This document shows, in pieces, positions 8,725 through 15,270 of a stretch of DNA of 15,270 nt (within the stretch, counting starts at the first letter, position 1; each line of letters starts with the position of its first letter). The notes under the pieces were generated by a model. That model worked only from the letters and a program-made list of their open reading frames with translations, made no database searches and was not told the DNA's origin. The stretch lies in contig JBJCIZ010000728.1 in NCBI GenBank assembly GCA_051294375.1, positions 1 through 15,270 on the forward strand, in the 5' to 3' direction. This DNA is from Paraspadella gotoi (lineage: Eukaryota; Animalia; Chaetognatha). The position numbers and the translations under genes were made by a program.

Positions 8725-9245
8725 TTGCCCGGCCGGGAGCCAGCTCATTTTGAGGCTCTTTCTTACCTTACTTTCACTATCACTGTAGCTTAACTATCCT
8801 CACACTTATTCTTCCATTTCAAATTTCACTTTAATTCACTCTATTTATTTATTTAGTAGAACTTAAATTTAATATATTTTATTTTTGTTAAAATTTAGTT
8901 ATCTTTTAAGTTTGTTATTTAATTATTCCACTATTATCTCTGTTGTACATTACCAAATGTATTGATATTTAATTTTTCTCTCTCTCTCTCCTTCTCTCTT
9001 TTGACTTTTCACCAAAATTTGCTTCTTCTTTCCTTTTCCGCACCTTTACTGTCCTCACATCGGGCACTTCTCTTACCCTATGCTTTGTTGGAAAATCTTT
9101 CTCTTCTCTTCCAAAACTTAACATTAACAGAGAAAAAATGTTGATTTCAAACTGCTGATGAGGCTCTAAACCCTTGTTGAGCCGAAACACTATCCTGACT
9201 TAAAATTTGTCAATTAAAAATCGTTGTCAAATTCAAAAACTGTTA
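8725..9245 (+). mobile_element. Penelope-like pLTR unit, third (truncated) copy
   Basis: Shares CCAGCTCATTTTGAGGCT, TTCACTCT, TCTGTTGTACAT, CTCACAT, TCTTCCAAA and AAAATCGTTGT with 4797-5363 in the same order. Confidence 0.7.
9145..9202 (+). ncRNA. Hammerhead ribozyme motif with intact core boxes
   Basis: CTGATGA (9155-9161), GGCTC/GAGCC 5-bp stem II, GAAAC (9184-9188), then ACT-ATC. Stems I and III pair poorly. Confidence 0.7.
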
Positions 9246-10974
9246 TCTTCCTAATACTATTAAAGAGTAAAACTGAATAGATAAGTTTTATGGTATATTT
9301 TTCATTTTTGGAAAAAGTTAAAAATAAAAAGTATTATATTAAAGTAATTTAATTGTTTTATTCTTTTTAAATAGATATGTTTCAACATATGTAACAAAAA
9401 TTGCAAGTATATATAGTATAAAAATGATTAGTAAGCAAATAACTTTTTATTATTATTATTGTGATTATTGATATTTAAATATATTATTGAAAAACTTTGC
9501 CTTTAATCAGACTGCTGTAATTATTAAAGTAAGCCAAAGCATATTCAGGGATAAATTTACTTCATAAAAAAAATTAAAAAATTTTTAAATAAATTTAATA
9601 GATTAAAAATAAAGAATATTTTATTTACTTAATCTATTAATAATAAATATATGATATTAATAAATTATAAAAATAGGAAAAATAGAAAAATAGTAAAACA
9701 AGTAAGGTTGTGAAAATTTTCGATTAATTATAAAATCAATATTATATTTTTTTAAATATTTTTTAATTTGATAATTATATATTTATTTTAATTTTTATGA
9801 AGCTGGAGCGGGCATTTTTAGTTCGGTCCGGCTCCAGCTCGGCTCCGGTCAAAAATTTTTTTCGCTCCGCTCGGCTCCCGGCTCCGCCAGATAAAACAAT
9901 TCTGACTCGGCGCTCCGGCTCCGGCTCCGGCAAAAAAGCTCGGCATCCGGCGGGCTCCAGCTCCGCTCCGGCTCCACACCCTTGATCTGAGGAGTCAACG
10001 TCATTCAGAGTCAGCAACACCGAGAATCACCTCTCCAGGTCACGGCCGCTTACGGATCCTCCTTCCACGCATAGAAACATAACATAATTTCATAAATAAT
10101 GCATACAATAATTTACCGTCTCGATATCTTTTTCCTACACTCTTGTCTTCCCACCACACACACACTCTTCTAGTGTGATGTAAAAATGAGAAATTTTAAA
10201 AAAAATAAAATTTAGCATATAAAACATAAAATCAAAATACTTTGATAAATTTATTTTTTTAATCTTTAATACATAGTGGCGACCAGTGAGATATATTTAT
10301 ATATAGTCATCAAGAGGAATGAAACCCGGGAAACAGAGGAAGGATTAAATTCAAATGCAAATTTTTAAATTTAAGATCGTATTTGGATTCCTTGTACAAA
10401 CTTGATATAAAGAAAGAATAATTCTATTTTTAAAAACTCTTTCCATTAAGTGGTTAAAACATATTAAAAAAAACTATATTTAGTTGCCGATTTTTAAATT
10501 CCCAACTTTAAAACCTAGTTTTAATAATATGAGCCATACTAATATTATGTAAAAAAAATTTCATTTTTTGTAAATGTGTGAAATATAATATTCATATTGA
10601 ATAAATATTTTGAAATCTAATCTGCACCATACTCTCAAAATCATCTTTTAAAATGATTTCAGAGCAATATTCGATCTGTGTATGAATCAAGAACAATAAG
10701 ATGATCCGGGCGCATACTCAGTATTGTAAAATAGAACTATACTTCAGCATATTCTATATTAATATCTTGTCCATAATTTTTCTCTAACTGAACTTAATTT
10801 GTATTGATTTTGATTCCAAACCTTCACTTCACCCTTCTCTCTCTCTTGCTCTCTCTCTCTTTCTCCCTCTCCCTTTTATATTTTTTCCTCCACTTTTCCT
10901 TATCTCCTGAGTTTTTCCCACTTTACTCTCCTTATTTATCTCTTTACAGATCTATATAACTTAAATTCTATCCT

Positions 10975-12112
10975 AACAAGTTTGAGCAAACAATGTCGGA
11001 TCTGCCTTCGAAAATTAATTAATTAATCGATTAATTAATTAATTATTTATAAATTTATATACAGCTTATCATCATCGATGTCCTTAAAATAAAGTAAATG
11101 TGACTTATATTTTTTCAATTTAAACTCATTTCCACTTGAACTCATTTTCACTGGCACAATTCCATCAAAACTTTATATCAAGCTCCTTCAAAAACTTTCC
11201 TTCCCGCTCACCAAATTTCATCTCAATCTATTATGGGTTAAAATAAGTAAAAAAAGTCAAGTAAATGCGACTCATATTTTTTTCATTTAAACTCATTTCC
11301 ACTCGTACCGAAACTTTATATCAAGCTTCGTCACACATTTTCCTACCCACACACAAAATTTTAACCCAATCTATCCATCCAATTATGATTAATTACAGTA
11401 TTTATTTGGTTAAAATAAGTAAAAAGATTTTTAGTCAATGCGACTTATGTTTTTTCCATTTAAACTCATATCCACTCACATGATTCCGTCGAAAGTTTAT
11501 ATCCAGCTTTATCGCACACTTTCCTACCCACACACAAAATTTCATTCCAATCCAACCAGGTAATCACGAGTTATTGGAGCTTTTGGCTAAGGTAGGATGG
11601 ATGGACGGATTGATTGACTGATTAATTAATTAGTGATTAATTAATTTAATAATTGATTAATTAACTGATTAATTATTTGATTTATTAATACATCCTGCAT
11701 ATACATTTAATATAAAAGGAAAAAAAATCATAATCAATTAGTGAAACACATACAAAATTCCAGGTCAATCGCCCCATCCACTCATGAGCAATTGGTGTTC
11801 AAATAGTGAATTATATTTTTTGTTTTTTCCATTAAAACTCATTTCCACTCGGACGATTCCATCGAAACGTTATATCCAGCTCAATCACACACTTCCCTAC
11901 CAGTACCACACAAAAAATTTCATTCAAATCCATTCCATCCAATCACGAGTAATTGATGTTTTTTTACTAAGGTGGGACGGACGAGCGATGGATCATTTTT
12001 TTGCTATAATTTATATAATTCGATGTTCTGACATATATAAGTTAGTGCCCGACAATATTGAGGGGCGGACCGACGGACCAACAAATGGAATTATAGAGTC
12101 AGGATCTGCTGA
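10975..12112 (-). mobile_element. DINE-1/HINE-like element, copy D, with ~160-170-bp central tandem repeats
   Basis: 3' end on minus reads GGCAGATCCGACATTGTTTGCTCAAACTTGTT (10975-11006). 11955-12112 matches copy A and is truncated in the 5' hairpin. The unit TTTAAACTCATTTCCACT...TTCCTACCCACACACAAAATTT recurs near 11090, 11245, 11415 and 11805. Confidence 0.8.
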
Positions 12113-13189
12113 AAAAAAACTACAAAAAAATCGAGAAAAAAATCGATGCTAAAAAACCTATGCTCATTGAGAATTTCATTTTTCTCTAAATTACAAGTTA
12201 TCAAAAAAAGAAAAAAAATCAGATGGTAGCAAAATCAAATAGCTACAAGCTGATTTTTTAAAAAATTCAAAATTTGTACCCTATTTCCGGATCTAAAATT
12301 CTCAATGCTCAAAATTTTTTTTTCAACAATGTTTTTTTCCTGTTTTTTTAATAAATTAAAATCTTTTTGGTATGAAAGTTGTAGTCTGAACGGTTTCAAA
12401 ATATACACATGTTTTCCTTATTCTTTACCGCAATACATAAGGATTAAGGAACACAGTAAAAAAAGAAAATCAAATCTTAAAAAGTGGAAAAAAAATTTGT
12501 CATTTTAGTTTTCAAACTGATTGATCTAAAACTTAGTTTCTTAATAAGAAATTATCAAATAATGGATCAGTCAGTAAGATATTGGTCTCAGCTATCATTT
12601 GGTATATAATTATAATCATTTATAATATTTTCTGGCTATATGGTTTAACTGACAAATCAAGCAGTATAAAATTTTGTCAGAGATTTTCACCACCTCGAGT
12701 CTACTTTTTATTGCCCTTTTACTCATTTTTCTTTTTTGTAGATAAGTGAGGGTTATGGTGAAAGTAAAGGAGGTTTGGTAGAACCAAATGCGTGCGGTAT
12801 TATTAATATAAAGCTCACAGATAAAGATATATGCTAAAAATTTGCATGGGTAGGTTTCGCCACGTTAACTTGCATCGTGTCCTACTTACGCCTATTAATT
12901 CCTTTTTTAAAAATCTACATTTATCATTCTATTTTTTTTTAAATGCATGCATAAACCTCGCGCAATTTTAGATTTAAGAGTGTTCTCTTTTTTTACTCAA
13001 GTCTGTATTCTATTGTTCTAGAGAAAACATTCGTTTCGGGCGAGGGGGGATCAGGATTCCGGGTTTTCACACTTTTTTTTTGGTAACATCTTAATTTCCG
13101 CCAGAAGACCGAATTAAATATTATAAAAAATGGTTGGATTTCGAAAGCGGGTCATCTTGGGAAGCCTGTGCCGGTAAAGCACTCGAAAA

Positions 13190-13600
13190 ATTCGGTCATC
13201 TTGATATGGTACGATGGACCCAAAGTTAAGAGACCAGTCACTGTGAGACCTCAGCCCGTCCTTAAACGGCCTTTTTACAGGGACCTGAGGCACGTTGTCA
13301 CTCAGTCACGTTTTGTCACCACTTGTAGCAGATCATGACGTCTTGTAATGTGGGCAATAGACTTGTGGTGTCCCACACTTCGACCACAGGCACTTTTGAT
13401 GGACTTGTGGACAACTGACTGAGGCAGTGACAAAGAGGCTGACACCCTCGCCGACAAAGGGTCTCGGCGTCACTCGCAATGGCGCCACCAAAGAGGCGCT
13501 GGATGCGGCCGCGCCCACTTCCGGCGACGAGGGAAGTTGATGGCAGTCTTCCCCAGTAATGACGCGACGGGTCAAAGGATGGAGATACGCCTGGCAAGGC
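13190..13600 (-). pseudogene. Decayed GIY-YIG endonuclease-like frame
   Basis: GC-rich island. Minus-strand fragments in order: FVGEGVSL, LSQ..HKSI, IA.HYKT.HD, RLRT.AE, W-SLNFGSIVPY..DRI. These echo YVGETxxxLxxRxxxH / SxVAxHF / ExxWIxxLxTxxPYGxND, with multiple frameshifts. Confidence 0.45.
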
Positions 13601-14150
13601 AGGCTGACTACTAGTTCCTCAACAATGATGATGATAATTTTTAAGGTTTTTTCAAATTTTAATCCATTTATCATTAAAATTTTTAAAATTTGTATTACTT
13701 ACCTTTATCTAACTTTTTAATCTTTATCAGAATCTATTTTTAAAAATTTTAATTTTTAAATATTTAAAACTTCGTCTAATTTATGCCTGGTTAGACTATT
13801 CAGTATTCACTTTGCCATAATATTTGTTTTTATTTATCTCTCAATCAATCTTTCTTTCTCTACATCAATTCAATCAATCTTTTTTTTTCTCCATCAATTT
13901 TCAATTTTTCTTTCTCTCCGTCAAACTCTCACTCTCTCTTCCTTTTCTCTCTATCAATTTCCCAATCAATCTTTCTTTTCTCTCCATTCAATCTCACATT
14001 GAATATTTTCATTGCTCATTATCTCTCACTCACTATTTTATTACTATTTCACACTGACCCATTTTTCAACAACCCTTCAATAAACTTAACTAAAAAGCAA
14101 GCGATGCAAATTTTTCAGACTTTGACAACAACAACTGGGGGGGAATCGTT
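13190..14150 (+). mobile_element. Probable fourth, diverged pLTR unit (hammerhead not recognisable)
   Basis: Same layout as 4400-5363: GC-rich antisense frame, CTCAACA, AT tract, CT tract, CTCACAT, AAACTTAAC, TTTCAGACT, AATCGTT. Similarity is patchy. Confidence 0.35.
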
Positions 14151-14336
14151 AATTATGAAGCAAAGCGCTTAAATAATATTTTGGTCTTGTTATCTTTGTT
14201 AGATTATTTTCAAGACAGTCGACCTTACCTTATGGTAAGTTGCATAACAGTGTCCTTCTTTCTGTCTTTGCCGAGGCAGACGTTTGGAACAAGAAAACTT
14301 TGAAAATGGGCTTTCTTATGGTGAACATTCAGAACA

Positions 14337-15080
14337 ATTTTTTCTAGGGAAAATAAAACATATATAAATGTAAATCATAATAAAGCATATTTTTCAAATA
14401 CTAAGAATAAAGGATATATTTCTTTTACTGAGAAAGATTTAAATATTGTCCTCAACTTTATTTCAGATAATGTTTTTGTCAAATTTGGCTCCCTAATATA
14501 TAAACAAACATTAGGAATACCAATTGGATTAGATTCTGGTCAAGATATTGCTAATATGTTATTATTTTATTTTGAATCAACATATATGGAAAATATGACA
14601 AAAAATAATTTAGGAATCGCTAGACAATTTAAAAATTGCTCAAGATATATTGATGACCTTTTTTCAGCCGATTTTAAGGATTTTAAAATACATCTTGCCA
14701 ACATATATCCAGCAGCACTTACTGTCAATAAATCTAATAGTACAGATACAAATGTAGATTTATATTATTATATATTATATTATATTTAGACATTAACATT
14801 AAATCAGAAAACAAAAATCTTACTCTGTCTGTTTATGATAAAAGGGATTCCTTTTCTTTTGAAGTAGTTAATTACCCATATATGGACAGTTGTATTCCTA
14901 AAAAAGCAGCACTAGGTGTATTTATTAGCCAATTAATAAGATATGCAAGAATATGTTCGACGTTTACAGATTTTAAGCAAAAAACTACAAAGTCAGGGTT
15001 ATATATTTAAGGACTTAAGAAAAATGGGAATTAAATTTTTCAATAATTATAAGGAGCTAATAAAAAAATATAATGTTAAT
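14337..15080 (+). pseudogene. Penelope-like element reverse transcriptase, 5'-truncated C-terminal half (Naiad-like, no C-terminal endonuclease)
   Basis: DNVFVKFGSLIYKQTLGIPIGLDSGQDIANMLLFYFE...RYIDDL...IYP; a 23-bp TA-rich insertion at 14760-14782; YLDINI...VYDKRDSFSFEVVNYPYMDSCIP...GVFISQLIRYARIC; a frameshift at ~14993; QGY...KFFNNYKELIKKY. Confidence 0.88.
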
Positions 15081-15102
15081 ATAATGTTAATATAATGTTA
15101 AT
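15067..15102. repeat. 11-bp tandem repeat (AATATAATGTT)x3 at the end of the RT frame
   Basis: Directly visible. Confidence 0.85.
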
Positions 15103-15270
15103 CTATTTTCAAAAAAGATTATACATGTTAGTTCCTAATAAAAATGATAAGGAAAAAATAACAAAGATAAACCACTAAATAATAATTATAATAAAAACAT
15201 CAACAATATTATTTAAATAACTTATATAATTTATTTTACTCTCTGATTTAATTTATTTTTTTAACTTTTA

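Larger units (their letters stand above)
6039..9984. mobile_element. Non-autonomous hAT-like TIR element (~3.9 kb including nested insertions)
   Basis: TIRs CAGGGATGTGGAGC (6039) and GCTCCACACCCTTG (9971-9984) match at 12/14. Subterminal GGCTCC arrays lie at 6069-6213 and 9826-9976. Flanks ttctgag / atctgag form an imperfect TSD. No transposase is present. Confidence 0.7.

Noticed and set aside
10655-10720. Minus-strand MRPDHLIVLD, resembling a restriction-like endonuclease PD motif
   Set aside because: It is too short, bounded by stops, and has no supporting motifs.
12130-12703. Possible DNA-transposon fragment ending CCACCTCGAGTCTA
   Set aside because: No partner TIR or second copy is present in the window.
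14195-14336. TLPYGKLH as upstream RT motif (TLPHxKL)
   Set aside because: It lacks the preceding DFxxLYT, the spacing to the downstream RT looks too long, and it is probably coincidental.

Overview
AT-rich eukaryotic (probably invertebrate) DNA made almost entirely of nested, decayed mobile elements, with no intact host gene. It contains: (i) four pieces of a DINE-1/HINE-like non-autonomous Helentron family, one with a ~19-bp minisatellite expanded inside it; (ii) a ~640-bp TRIM whose two LTRs each carry a tRNA-like sequence (Helenus-like), with a PBS and PPT; (iii) three clear copies and one probable copy of a Penelope-like pLTR unit. The three clear copies end in a hammerhead-ribozyme motif, and three of the four carry a decayed stand-alone GIY-YIG endonuclease frame on the opposite strand. 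Two copies form a 2-kb inverted pair; (iv) a ~3.9-kb hAT-like non-autonomous element holding a TTAGGG-rich tract and a branched foldback element; (v) a frameshifted Penelope-like reverse transcriptase that ends with no C-terminal endonuclease. The most interesting signal is the hammerhead pLTR with an antisense GIY-YIG module next to an EN-less PLE RT. All alignments were done by eye, and the many small indels could reflect age or sequencing error.
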